From contig CAWEZH010000003.1 of the NCBI GenBank assembly GCA_963813535.1, positions 704,001 through 768,000 on the forward strand: 64,000 nucleotides of DNA, written 5' to 3'. This DNA comes from an uncultured Chloroflexia bacterium. GTDB lineage: Bacteria > Chloroflexota > Limnocylindria > Limnocylindrales > CSP1-4. Of this stretch, positions 1-9,358 are shown piece after piece. Position 1 is the stretch's first letter. Each line of letters opens with the position of its first letter. Below the pieces are notes generated by a model. The model was given only the letters and a program-made list of their open reading frames with translations, searched no databases and was not told the origin of the DNA. The position numbers and the translations under genes were made by a program.

Positions 1-106
1 CGAAGAGCGACGCCGAGACGATGACGATCCCGAAGCCACGCAGCGGGATCGCGCCACCGACGCCGGCTGCCACCGCAGGTGTGGTCGTCAGGGGCGGGCT
101 GGACAC
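1..106 (-). CDS. N-terminus of a membrane protein running off the window edge (possibly DMT/EamA transporter)
   Basis: GTG at 106 gives MSSPPLTTTPAVAAGVGGAIPLRGFGIVIVSASLF..., entering a hydrophobic helix; truncated by window edge. Confidence 0.45.
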   Translation of the reverse strand, partial: MSSPPLTTTPAVAAGVGGAIPLRGFGIVIVSASLF

Positions 107-149
107 CGGGGCATGGTAGAGCGCAGGACCGCGATCCGCCCGACCACGG

Positions 150-1226
150 TCAGCCCGCGGCGACGCGCTCGCCGGGACTCTCTACCGCCGCGGTCTCGCG
201 TCGACTCCTCGAGAGCCGGATGCCGGTGAATGGGATCCGGATCTCGCGGAAGACCTCGATCGAGACGAGGAACCCGACGAACAGGAACACGACGCCCAGG
301 AACTTGCCGAGCTGGAACAGATCGGTCGAGCCGAAGCGGTTGAGCGAGTCGGTGAGGGTCGGGATGAACGCCCCGATCGCGATGAGGATCGTGGCTGGCA
401 CCCGGCTGTGGATCCGTCCCGAGGCGAGCGCCGTGATCGTGCCGGGCAACGACGCGACGAGGTTGACGAGGATCGCCACGGGCGCGATCAGCAGGTTGAA
501 CAGGAACTGATCGCCCGGCTGGTTCGGGTCGAGCGAGTAGGGCAGGACGCGACGCTTGGGCATGAACATGTACGTGCTGAACACGGCCCCCAGGATCAAG
601 GCGAATGCGCCAGTGACGTTCAGGAACGGCGTCAGCAGCCGCAGATGTGGCGGGAGCAGCGTCGCGACGGGCATCGTCGTCTCGGGGTCGACCGCGTAGC
701 CCGGTGCCGGGATCACCGTCGTGGCCATCAACACGAGGCTCAGGATCGTGGCGCCCACGACGGCACCGGCGGCCAGGATCGGCCACCGCTCGTTCTGGAA
801 GTAGGTCTCGACCGCCACCGCCAGGGCGAGCACGCCGGCAGCCAGGAAGTAGAGCAGCGGCAACGCCCCCGCCCCCGCGTACTCGGGCCGGTTCCGCACG
901 AGGAACGTGAAGAGGCCGGCCAGGAACAGGCACAGGGCGAAGCTGTAGCCGAACCGGGTGCGTCCCAGCAGGAACGCGGTCCCCAGCCCGAGCCACCCCG
1001 CGGTCCAGACGGCGCCCGTCAGATACCACGTTCGGTAGAGCGGCTCGTTCCAGGCACCCGCGCCGGCCAACGCTTCGCAACCGGCGGCGATGCCGTAGAA
1101 GAGCATCCCGATCGCCCAGATCAGCTGGAACCCGCCGCGCCGTTCGCGCCATTGGTCGAAGAGCGCAGCGCTGAACACGAGCGCGAGGAGGGAGGTGACC
1201 GCCGGAAGGAGGACGTCCAATCGCAT
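150..1226 (-). CDS. Polytopic membrane protein, hypothetical
   Basis: 358-aa ORF with about 10 hydrophobic segments; starts 3 nt after the upstream HTH gene stop. Confidence 0.8.
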   Translation of the reverse strand: MRLDVLLPAVTSLLALVFSAALFDQWRERRGGFQLIWAIGMLFYGIAAGCEALAGAGAWNEPLYRTWYLTGAVWTAGWLGLGTAFLLGRTRFGYSFALCLFLAGLFTFLVRNRPEYAGAGALPLLYFLAAGVLALAVAVETYFQNERWPILAAGAVVGATILSLVLMATTVIPAPGYAVDPETTMPVATLLPPHLRLLTPFLNVTGAFALILGAVFSTYMFMPKRRVLPYSLDPNQPGDQFLFNLLIAPVAILVNLVASLPGTITALASGRIHSRVPATILIAIGAFIPTLTDSLNRFGSTDLFQLGKFLGVVFLFVGFLVSIEVFREIRIPFTGIRLSRSRRETAAVESPGERVAAG

Positions 1227-1229
1227 CGA

Positions 1230-1946
1230 TCAGCCTTCGCGCTGGTGTGCTTCGATGAACCGAAGGAGCAGCCGGTCGAGCAGCGCCCACGCGTCGCCGT
1301 ACAGGCCGGCGAGCCGGTTCGGATCCAACGATCGGCGCCGGCCGACCGCCGCGAGCTCGGCGACGAACGGCTGGCGGGCGACGACGAAGCGCGACACCGA
1401 GTCGGTCAGGCCGCTGCCGCCCAGCGCGAGACGAACCGCCTGGTCGGCGACGATGGATCCGGCCTGGGTCTCGAGCCGGCGCCGACGCCGAACATCATCC
1501 GGTCCTGCGTCGAGGTACGCGACGAGCGTCGTGATGAGTTGCCGGCCATCGCGTCGGAACGCATCGCGCTCGGCATCATCGGGCGCGCCATCCGCCGCGT
1601 AATGGCGCCGGTAGGCCCTGGTCATGCGCTCCGGCGACGCCCCCAGACTCGCGAGCGGGCGGTGTGTGGTCGACCGACGCTCGGTGACAAGCCGCTCGAG
1701 CGCGCGTCGGTCGAAACGGCGGTGGCCGCCGGGCGTGACCCACGCCGGCACACGGCCGTTGTCGGCCCACCGCCGGAGCGTGTCGGGATCGATGCCCAGG
1801 AGCTGGCTCGCCGGCCCGAGCGACAGCCAACTCCGCCGAGACGCCGTTGCCGGTTCGCGCACTCGAGGCCCTCGCTGGACGACCGAGATCGGGCGCCGAC
1901 GGGCCAGCACAGTCGTGGGGGGAAACGACCGGCGACCCGTCGGCAT
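1230..1946 (-). CDS. MerR/excisionase (BldC-like) helix-turn-helix regulator with helical C-terminal domain; alternative start GTG 1862
   Basis: WLSLGPASQLLGIDPDTLRRWADNGRVPAWVTPGGHRRF is a typical HTH_17/MerR-like signature. Confidence 0.8.
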   Translation of the reverse strand: MPTGRRSFPPTTVLARRRPISVVQRGPRVREPATASRRSWLSLGPASQLLGIDPDTLRRWADNGRVPAWVTPGGHRRFDRRALERLVTERRSTTHRPLASLGASPERMTRAYRRHYAADGAPDDAERDAFRRDGRQLITTLVAYLDAGPDDVRRRRRLETQAGSIVADQAVRLALGGSGLTDSVSRFVVARQPFVAELAAVGRRRSLDPNRLAGLYGDAWALLDRLLLRFIEAHQREG

Positions 1947-1948
1947 GG

Positions 1949-2022
1949 AAACCTGGGTAAATCTGGGTACCAGACTCCGCCCGGGCCAACAGAGGATAGG
2001 GCGGCCCCTCGGGGGGCGTCAA
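1949..2022 (-). promoter_or_regulatory. Sigma70-type promoter plus downstream 10-bp direct repeat (candidate operator)
   Basis: Minus strand TTGACG (2017-2022), 18 nt, TATCCT (1993-1998); AAACCTGGGT/AAATCTGGGT tandem at 1949-1968. Confidence 0.5.
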
Positions 2023-2055
2023 ACCGGCGCCGACGCAGACCTCAGACCGAGTCCG

Positions 2056-2415
2056 TCAGGCAGGCACGAACTCGTGATCGTCGCGGTGGATGCCGTCGCA
2101 CAGGCCCCACCGACCGGCGTCCGGCGGACCCTCGGGATCCGGGATCGGAACGGGCCGCATGATCTCGCGGACCTCGCCCTTGCGGCAGAAGTAGTAGCCG
2201 CGAGTGGCCATCCAATCACGCACGCAGGCCGGGTCCCCGTGGAACTGGAACGGACCCGGATTGATGACCGGCTGCTCGGCCCAGCCGACCGCGGTCTCCG
2301 GCGCCACGATGTCGAGGAGGTTCACCCGCCAGGGGGTCCCGTCGATGATCTGCCCGCAGCCGGCGCATCGCTTCGCGACGTTGTCGGTGATGATGGTCCG
2401 GATCTTGACACCCAT
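2056..2415 (-). CDS. Small Cys/His-containing hypothetical protein (possible Zn binder)
   Basis: MGVKIRTIITDNVAKRCAGCGQII...FHGDPAC...FC...LCDGIHRDDHEF; alternative start 2424. Confidence 0.7.
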   Translation of the reverse strand: MGVKIRTIITDNVAKRCAGCGQIIDGTPWRVNLLDIVAPETAVGWAEQPVINPGPFQFHGDPACVRDWMATRGYYFCRKGEVREIMRPVPIPDPEGPPDAGRWGLCDGIHRDDHEFVPA

Positions 2416-2478
2416 GATCTCCATCGACTCGATGGTAGCAGGGGCCTCGGGGGCGCCGCGGATGCTAGGGTCGAGGGG

Positions 2479-3384
2479 ATGGACGTCGCGCTCATCGGGG
2501 TCCCATTCGACTCGGCCGGAACCGCGACCGGCGTTGCCCGGGCACCCGCCGCCCTCAGAGGCGCGGGTCTGCTGACGGCGCTGCAGAAGGCCGGCAGCTC
2601 CGTGGTCGACAGAGGCGATGTCCCGCTCACGCCTGGTGACGCGACCCGCGATGCCGGCAGCGGGATCATCTCCCCTGCGGCGCTCCTCGCCATGGTCCAC
2701 GACGTTCGGGACGCGGTGAGCGCCGCCGTCGGTGCCGGTGCCGTACCCCTGGTCATCGGTGGCGATTGTCCGGTCCTGCTCGGCTGCCTGGCCGCGATCC
2801 GCGAGGAGCCCCTCGGTCTGTTGTTCGTGGACGGCCACGAGGACGCGTGGCCGCCGCAGATGTCGACGACCGGTGAGGCCGCCGACATGGAACTCGGCCT
2901 TCTCCTGGGGCGGTTCGTCGACGACTTGCCCGACCCATTGCGATCCGCACTGCCCCGTATCCAGCCCGAGCGCGTCGTCGTCGTCGGAGCACGCGACCAG
3001 CTGGAACTCGCGGACGCCGGCGTGGAGTCGATCGACGGCGTCGTCGACGTCATCAGGACCGGGGGCCTGACGCAGGCCGCGATCGAGGCGCTCGTCGCCG
3101 AACGGATCGATCGCCTTGATGCGCTCGGTCGTTGGTGGCTGCACGTCGACCTCGACGTGCTCTCGAGCGTGAGCCTGTCGGCGGTCGACTATCGACAGGA
3201 CGGCGGGCTGGAGTGGGCGACACTCACGGCCCTGACGGAGCGAGCGCTCGGTGCGCGCGGCGTGGCCGGTTGGACGGTGACGATCTACAACCCGGACCTC
3301 GACCCTGATGGGCGTCAGGCCGAGACGATCGTCCGCTACATCGCTCGAAGCGCGAACGTTTTGGGATCCCGGACGCCCGACTAG
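2479..3384 (+). CDS. Arginase/ureohydrolase family protein
   Basis: IGVPFD, GGDC, FVDGHED, HVDLDVL and YNPDLD motifs of the ureohydrolase fold. Confidence 0.85.
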   Translation: MDVALIGVPFDSAGTATGVARAPAALRGAGLLTALQKAGSSVVDRGDVPLTPGDATRDAGSGIISPAALLAMVHDVRDAVSAAVGAGAVPLVIGGDCPVLLGCLAAIREEPLGLLFVDGHEDAWPPQMSTTGEAADMELGLLLGRFVDDLPDPLRSALPRIQPERVVVVGARDQLELADAGVESIDGVVDVIRTGGLTQAAIEALVAERIDRLDALGRWWLHVDLDVLSSVSLSAVDYRQDGGLEWATLTALTERALGARGVAGWTVTIYNPDLDPDGRQAETIVRYIARSANVLGSRTPD

Positions 3385-3400
3385 TGGGCGGGCGCTGCCG

Positions 3401-3664
3401 TCAGCTGGCGCGGGCGACCGCGAGGACCTCGGCCGGGACGATCATCCCGTGGGCCCCTTCCATTGCCGTCTCGATGCGCGAGGCGAGCGACGGGTCGGCG
3501 AACGTCGCCTCCAGGACGACCATCTGGACCTCGCCGCTCTCGCTCAGGACGCGCCGCAGCGCGTAGCGGATGTCGGCGTCGGACACGGACGCCATCAAGC
3601 GAACGGCGTAGCTCGCGTCGCGCTCCTGGGCGAAGGCGGCGGCGACCGAGTTGCCTGCGACGTC
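3401..3664 (-). CDS. Small hypothetical protein; 5' end uncertain (frame open to about 3664, probably disrupted upstream)
   Basis: DVAGNSVAAAFAQERDASYAVRLMASVSDADIRYALRRVLSESGEVQMVVLEATF... reads as protein-like, but an in-frame TGA lies upstream. Confidence 0.4.
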   Translation of the reverse strand, partial: DVAGNSVAAAFAQERDASYAVRLMASVSDADIRYALRRVLSESGEVQMVVLEATFADPSLASRIETAMEGAHGMIVPAEVLAVARAS

Positions 3665-3926
3665 TCACCTGGGCAGCATCCGGTCGTCAGGAGCGCGAGG
3701 CAAGACCGGCTTGGGGCATACGCCGTGGTGTCGATGGTCCTGTGCGCCTGAGCACCGGTCGCCGGCCCCGCCCTCCCGACACCAGCCGGGACGCGCCTCC
3801 CATGTCGTGGAACCGCGTGGTACGACTGGGTCGCTCCAAGGCGGATGCGCCGGTGGGTATCCTTCGATGCCGCGGGGGTCGCGGGAACGTCGCGTTCTCG
3901 CGGCGCGAAGACCGACGAGGGTGTGC

Positions 3927-4886
3927 GTGCCCGATCAGCCTGGTCCACACGAAAGTCGCTTCGACGATCTGGTCGGTTCGCTCGACGCGGTCGTCTGGGA
4001 AGCCGACGGCGACGACTACCGGATGACGTTCGTGTCGCCGCGTTGCAGCGAGATCGTCGGGTACCCGCCCGAGAAATGGCTGACCGAGCCCGAATTCTGG
4101 GAGCGACACCTCCACCCGGACGATCGGGATCGTGCGATCACGGCCACCGACGCCGCGATCCGGGAGCTGCGCAGCCTGCGCATCGAGTACCGCTTCCTCG
4201 TCTCCAGCGGCGAATATCGCTGGTTCTCCGACGTCATCCGTGTCCTGCGCAAGCACGATGGTTCAGGCCACCGGGTGGTCGGCGTGATGATCGATATCAC
4301 CGACCAGAAACGGCTGGAGGAGGCGCTCGCCTACCGCGCGACACACGACACGCTCACCGGGCTGCTCAACCGCGAGCAGCTGAACATCGAGCTGGTCCGC
4401 GTGCACCAGCTGCCCGAACCGTGGGCGCTCCTCTTCCTCGACCTCAACGGCTTCAAGGACATCAACGACGCCCTCGGCCACTCGGTCGGGGACGATGTCC
4501 TGCGGATGGTCGCCGATCGACTGAGCGGCACGGCGCGGGGGACCGATGTCGTGGCCCGCTTCGGTGGCGACGAGTTCTGTGTCCTCGCCTCGGTCACCGA
4601 GAACGAGGCCTCCCTGCACCTCGCCCGCCGGCTTCGGGATGCGATCGCCAAGCCGACCATCGTCGGCGAGCACGCTCTGCGACTCAGCACATCCGTCGGC
4701 ATCGCGTATGTCGAGGCGGAGGGCGCTCCGGAGACGCTGGTCCGCCAGGCGGATGCGGCGATGTACGGAGCCAAGGGCACCGCCGAGGGCATCGCCGTGT
4801 ACGAACCCTGGATGCGCGAGGCCGCCCTCCGGCGGCTCGATGGCAAGGTCTCCGCCGGCGGATCGCCGGGTGCCGAGTCGGGCTGA
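3927..4886 (+). CDS. PAS-domain diguanylate cyclase (PAS_3 + GGDEF)
   Basis: FWERHLHPDDR PAS motif; HDTLTGLLNR, DLNGFKDINDALGHSVGD, intact RFGGDEF. Confidence 0.92.
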   Translation: MPDQPGPHESRFDDLVGSLDAVVWEADGDDYRMTFVSPRCSEIVGYPPEKWLTEPEFWERHLHPDDRDRAITATDAAIRELRSLRIEYRFLVSSGEYRWFSDVIRVLRKHDGSGHRVVGVMIDITDQKRLEEALAYRATHDTLTGLLNREQLNIELVRVHQLPEPWALLFLDLNGFKDINDALGHSVGDDVLRMVADRLSGTARGTDVVARFGGDEFCVLASVTENEASLHLARRLRDAIAKPTIVGEHALRLSTSVGIAYVEAEGAPETLVRQADAAMYGAKGTAEGIAVYEPWMREAALRRLDGKVSAGGSPGAESG

Positions 4887-4911
4887 CCGACACGGACGCG
4901 CTGCCCGAAGG

Positions 4912-4988
4912 TGGTGCCCCCAAGGGGATTCGAACCCCTGATCTCCACCTTGAAAGGGTGGCGTCCTAGGCCTCTAGACGATGGGGGC
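4912..4988 (-). tRNA. tRNA-Glu (anticodon TTC)
   Basis: Reverse complement GCCCCCATCGTCTAGAGGCCTAGGACGCCACCCTTTCAAGGTGGAGATCAGGGGTTCGAATCCCCTTGGGGGCACCA; cloverleaf, GTTCGAA T-loop, encoded CCA. Confidence 0.96.
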
Positions 4989-5031
4989 GGGAAGGGCCCG
5001 ACCGGTGCCCGAGTCTAGCAGAGGGCCCCGA

Positions 5032-5457
5032 TCAGCCTGACCCGAGTGCCAGCTGGAACAGGATGATCGCACCGGCCGCGGCACCCGCCGCCGCGATGGC
5101 CGCGAACCCGCCCACGAGCGCCGCCAGCAGCATCCGACCGCCATTGCCGCGCTCCACGCCGCCGCGCCAGATCGATCGAAGGCAGTACACGGCGAGGGCC
5201 GCGAACACGATCGCCAACACGACTGAAGCGGAGGCCAGGAGGGGGATCTGCGTCGCCTCGCGGACGGTCAGGAAGTACGCAGCGAACGCGATGGAACCGA
5301 TGACGGCGATGGCGAAGAAGATCACGCCGGGTGAGACGCGACGTCCACCACTCGGCGGGTCGTAGCGGTCGTCGTACCCACTGTCGTCGTATGGATCGCG
5401 AGACCGCGGCGGTGGGGCCGTGGGGTAGGGGTCGCGTGTGGCGCGGCGGTCGGTCAT
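5032..5457 (-). CDS. Small membrane protein (3 TM), hypothetical
   Basis: ATG overlaps upstream stop (ATGA coupling); hydrophilic N-terminus then three hydrophobic helices. Confidence 0.7.
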   Translation of the reverse strand: MTDRRATRDPYPTAPPPRSRDPYDDSGYDDRYDPPSGGRRVSPGVIFFAIAVIGSIAFAAYFLTVREATQIPLLASASVVLAIVFAALAVYCLRSIWRGGVERGNGGRMLLAALVGGFAAIAAAGAAAGAIILFQLALGSG

Positions 5458-6065
5458 CCGGGCTCCTCTCCGAGCGTCCGATGGTAGACCGCCACGTTGT
5501 ATGACAACCGCGGCCGGGTCATCCGTGCGGCGACCGCACGTCCGGACTCGCCGAATGCCGCCTCGAGGAAGGTCTGCGCCGCCTCGAGCGATTCGAACGT
5601 CCACCAACAGTGCAGCACGCGGATCTTGAAGCCGTTGCCCAGGAACGGCCCATCACGTCGGGTCCACTCGCCGTACTCGGGTCGCGGTCCTTGCAGCTCG
5701 GCCACATCGTCGCGTCCGTAGTCGTGGACGGCCAGCAGGCGGCCGCCGGGGCGCAGTAGCCGGGCAGCCTCGGTCATGTCGGGCGAGCCGGCTCCACGGA
5801 ACGCCGACCACAGCCCGACGACGACATCGGCCGACGCGTCGGGCGCATCGAATGTCCCGGGCAGCGGATCCACGACAGATACGCGGGCGCCGAGTTCAGC
5901 AAGTTGACGAGCGCGCAGTCCCGCGGATCCATCGATGACGACGACGTCTCGCCCCACCACCGGACCTAGCGCCTCGATCGCCCGCGGGATCTTGCCCTCG
6001 ACATCCAGGACCCGGGCCAGTTGTTCGTCGAGCCCGGCCCCCAGTTGGACGGGGAGATCAGCCAC
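5454..6065 (-). CDS. Class I SAM-dependent methyltransferase-like protein (degenerate motif I)
   Basis: DASADVVV and ARLLRPGGRL methyltransferase motifs; TATACT just upstream of GTG. Confidence 0.7.
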   Translation of the reverse strand: MADLPVQLGAGLDEQLARVLDVEGKIPRAIEALGPVVGRDVVVIDGSAGLRARQLAELGARVSVVDPLPGTFDAPDASADVVVGLWSAFRGAGSPDMTEAARLLRPGGRLLAVHDYGRDDVAELQGPRPEYGEWTRRDGPFLGNGFKIRVLHCWWTFESLEAAQTFLEAAFGESGRAVAARMTRPRLSYNVAVYHRTLGEEPG

Positions 6066-6103
6066 AGGCCGCGAAGTATATGCGGCGCCCGACGCTCCGA
6101 CGG

Positions 6104-7612
6104 TCAGGCGGCGTCGGGCGCGACGCGCAGCACGCGGCCGGTCCGTGGCGGGAGCGGGATCCAGGCTCGACCGTCCGTGACGACGACCGCGTCACCACCC
6201 TCGCCGCCGGGCAGCGCGACCGGCGCCAGCCACCCTGACCCGACATCGTCCACGGTGACCTGCAGATCCATAGCTCCGTCACCGGGATTGAGGGCGAGGA
6301 TCAGCCGGCCATCGTCGAGCCGCCGCTCGATCGCCATCGCCGGCCCGTCGGCCCCGATCGCTGTCGTCGAACCGTGCCGGAGTGCCGGTTCAGCGGCCCG
6401 CAGCGCCAGGACACCGCGGATGAACGCCCGCAGTTCCCCATCCCAGACGCCGGCATCCCACGGGAAGCCGCCGCGGTTCTGTGGGTCGTTGCCGCCCGTG
6501 AGGCCGACCTCATCGCCGTAGTAGATGCACGGAGCGCCGGGCAGGACACATTGCAGAAGGACCGCCATGCGCATCGCCGCGCGGTCGCCGCCGAGCACGG
6601 TCAGGGCGCGTGGCGCGTCATGGGAGGAGAGCAGGTTTAGCTGGACGGCGACCACATCCGGGTCGTACACGCCGAGCAATTCGACGAGCCGCGCCGCGAA
6701 TGCCGGTCCATCGAGCGGATGGAGATGGTCGCGGTACTCGTGGTGGGCGGTCACCGCTCCCATGTCCAGGCTGGAACCGCCGACGTACCCGAGGATCGCC
6801 TCGGCCAGCGGGTAATCCATCAGCGCATCGAACCGATCACCGGCCACCCACTCCGGCGCGGTCTCCCAGATCTCGCCGACGAGATAGGCATCGGCACGGA
6901 TGGCCCGACAGCGCTGGCGAAAGGCGGCCCAGAACGCCGGGTCGTCGATCTCATCGGGGACGTCGAGCCGCCATCCGTCGATGCCGAAGCGCAGCCAGTG
7001 CTCGGCGACCGAGAGCAGGTACTCGCGGACGTCCGGGTGGTCGGTGTTCAGCTTGGGCAGCGCTGGCAGACCCCACCACGCCTCGTATCCGAGCCACGTC
7101 CCGGACGGGGCGTCCCGCGGGGGGTACGGCATGAACTCCCGGCGCCCTTCCAGCACGTCATGGTCGATATGGAACCAGTCGCGATAGGGCGACGCCGCGC
7201 CGTTCTCGAGGATGTGATGGAAGGGCCAGAACCCGCGTCCGGTGTGGTTGAAGACGCCATCGAGGACCACCCGCATCCCGCGGGCATGGGCAATGTCGAG
7301 AAGCTCGCGGAGTGCGTCGTCCCCGCCGAGCAGCGGGTCGACATGGAAGTAGTCGTAGGTGTGGTAGCGATGGTTCGACCCCGACTGGAAGATCGGCGTC
7401 AGGTAGATCGCGGTGACCCCGAGCTCCTGGAGATGGTCGAGCCGTTCGGCGATGCCGAGCAGGTCGCCGCCCTTGAACCCGTGGTTCGTCGGTGGGCTGT
7501 CCCACGGTTCGAGCGGGCCGGGCTTGGGGACCCGCTCGCTCTGGGCGAACCGGTCGGGGAAGATCTGGTAGAAGACCGCATCGCGGACCCATGCCGGCGT
7601 GTCGACGGTCAC
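6104..7612 (-). CDS. GH13 cyclomaltodextrinase/neopullulanase-like alpha-glycosidase
   Basis: FYQIFPDRF, GGDLLGI, DGVFNH, GWRLDV, GEIW, LSSHD conserved GH13 regions. Confidence 0.93.
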   Translation of the reverse strand: MTVDTPAWVRDAVFYQIFPDRFAQSERVPKPGPLEPWDSPPTNHGFKGGDLLGIAERLDHLQELGVTAIYLTPIFQSGSNHRYHTYDYFHVDPLLGGDDALRELLDIAHARGMRVVLDGVFNHTGRGFWPFHHILENGAASPYRDWFHIDHDVLEGRREFMPYPPRDAPSGTWLGYEAWWGLPALPKLNTDHPDVREYLLSVAEHWLRFGIDGWRLDVPDEIDDPAFWAAFRQRCRAIRADAYLVGEIWETAPEWVAGDRFDALMDYPLAEAILGYVGGSSLDMGAVTAHHEYRDHLHPLDGPAFAARLVELLGVYDPDVVAVQLNLLSSHDAPRALTVLGGDRAAMRMAVLLQCVLPGAPCIYYGDEVGLTGGNDPQNRGGFPWDAGVWDGELRAFIRGVLALRAAEPALRHGSTTAIGADGPAMAIERRLDDGRLILALNPGDGAMDLQVTVDDVGSGWLAPVALPGGEGGDAVVVTDGRAWIPLPPRTGRVLRVAPDAA

Positions 7613-7651
7613 GGGCGTCCGTCCGCGGACCCGATGCGATACTCCACCGCG

Positions 7652-9358
7652 ATGTCCTCCCGCTCTCCCTGGCTGGCCACGACCGTGGCCGCGCTCCTCG
7701 TGGCAGCCTGTGCCGGTACCACCTCGCCGTCGCCTGCCGGGCGGACCGATCCGACGATCAGCGCGAGTCCGCCAAGCTCGGCATCTCCCGACTGCATCGC
7801 TGCGTCTCCGGACGCGTCGACCGCGGGGTGGTGGCGCGAGCGCGTCTTCTACGAGGTGTTCGTCCGCAGTTTCGCCGACTCGGACGGCGACGGCATCGGC
7901 GACCTGCGCGGTCTCACCCAGCGACTCGACGAGCTGAACGACGGGGATCCGGCAACGACCGACGATCTCGGCGTCACCGGCCTATGGCTGATGCCGATCG
8001 CCGAGTCACCCAGCTATCACGGCTACGACGTGGTCGACTACCGCGCGGTCGAGCAGGACTACGGCTCGACGGCCGACCTGGCTGCGCTGGTCGGCGCCGC
8101 ACACCAACGAGGGATCGCGGTCATCGTCGACCTCGTCATCAACCACACGTCGCGCGAGCATCCCTGGTTCCAGGACGCGCGGACACCCGGCTCGGACCAC
8201 GACGATTGGTACATGTGGGCCGACGAGCACCCGGCGATCGCGCGCTCGGACGGGTCGCGCGTCTGGCATCCCGATGGCGAGCGCTTCTACTACGGCTACT
8301 TCTGGGAGGGCATGCCGGACCTGAACCTCGCGAACCCCGAGGTGACCGCGGAGCTGGACTCGATCGCGGACGCCTGGCTCGACGCCGGCATCGACGGCTT
8401 CCGCATCGACGCCGCCCGGCACCTGTTCGAGGACGGCGCGACGCTCGAGAACGTCGATGCCACGTTCGAGTGGCTCGCGGCGTTCCGCGACCGGATCAAG
8501 CAGCAGCATCCCGATGCGCTCGTCCTCGGCGAGGTCTGGGACGCGTCGTCGATGTCGGCCCGGTACGTGCGCGAGGGCGCGCTCGATGTGACCTTCGATT
8601 TCGGCCTGGCCAGCGCGATCGTCGATTCCGTCCGGTCCGGAGACGGCGGGGCGGTCCAGGCGGCACTCGACGAGGTGGCGCAGCTGTACGAGCCGGGCTG
8701 GCTTGCGACATTCCTGACCAACCACGACCAGGACCGGGTCATGACCGAGCTCGGCGGCGATGTCGAGTCGGCGAAGCTCGCGGCAACGCTGCTGCTGACC
8801 GGTGGCGGGACGCCGTTCCTGTACTACGGCGAGGAGATCGGCCTGACCGGCCAGAAGCCGGATGAGCGCATCCGTACGCCGATGCGCTGGGACGCCAGCG
8901 GACCGGCGGCCGGGTTCACCACCGGCACGCCTTGGGAGCCGCTCGGCGACGATCCGCCGGGGGCCGACGTCCGGACCGAGCGCGCCGACCCGAGCTCGCT
9001 CTACTCGACCTACCGCGAGCTGATCGCGATGCGGGCCGGTGAGCCCGCACTGCGTTCCGGTGCGATCTGGCCGGTAGGCGCGAGCGAAGCGTCGGTCGTG
9101 GCGTTCCTCAGGGCCGATCCCGACCCGGCTCGTGGTGCTGTCCTCGTCATAGCCAACCTCGCGGATTCGCCGGTCCCGTCGTTCGCCCTGACGGCAGAGA
9201 CGGGCCCGCTCTGTGGCTCGCCGAAGCCCGAGGTCCTGCGTGGACCGGAGAGCGTCCAGCCGCCGTCGGTCAGTGCCTCCGGGGGCTTCGACGACTACGT
9301 GCCCCTCGCGGACGGCCTCGCGGCCCGCGAGGTCCTCATCGTTCGGCTCCACCCGTGA
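7652..9358 (+). CDS. Lipoprotein alpha-amylase (GH13)
   Basis: Lipobox LVAAC; YEVFVRSFADSDGDGIGD, SYHGY, DLVINH, GFRIDAA, GEVW, FLTNHD. Confidence 0.92.
   Translation: MSSRSPWLATTVAALLVAACAGTTSPSPAGRTDPTISASPPSSASPDCIAASPDASTAGWWRERVFYEVFVRSFADSDGDGIGDLRGLTQRLDELNDGDPATTDDLGVTGLWLMPIAESPSYHGYDVVDYRAVEQDYGSTADLAALVGAAHQRGIAVIVDLVINHTSREHPWFQDARTPGSDHDDWYMWADEHPAIARSDGSRVWHPDGERFYYGYFWEGMPDLNLANPEVTAELDSIADAWLDAGIDGFRIDAARHLFEDGATLENVDATFEWLAAFRDRIKQQHPDALVLGEVWDASSMSARYVREGALDVTFDFGLASAIVDSVRSGDGGAVQAALDEVAQLYEPGWLATFLTNHDQDRVMTELGGDVESAKLAATLLLTGGGTPFLYYGEEIGLTGQKPDERIRTPMRWDASGPAAGFTTGTPWEPLGDDPPGADVRTERADPSSLYSTYRELIAMRAGEPALRSGAIWPVGASEASVVAFLRADPDPARGAVLVIANLADSPVPSFALTAETGPLCGSPKPEVLRGPESVQPPSVSASGGFDDYVPLADGLAAREVLIVRLHP

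Noticed and set aside
3660-3680. In-frame TGA in a small minus-strand ORF as selenocysteine
   Set aside because: No redox motif context or recognisable SECIS; an indel error is more likely
2479-4911. Genomic island integrated at the tRNA-Glu 3' end
   Set aside because: No integrase, no duplicated tRNA 3' end seen, no composition shift
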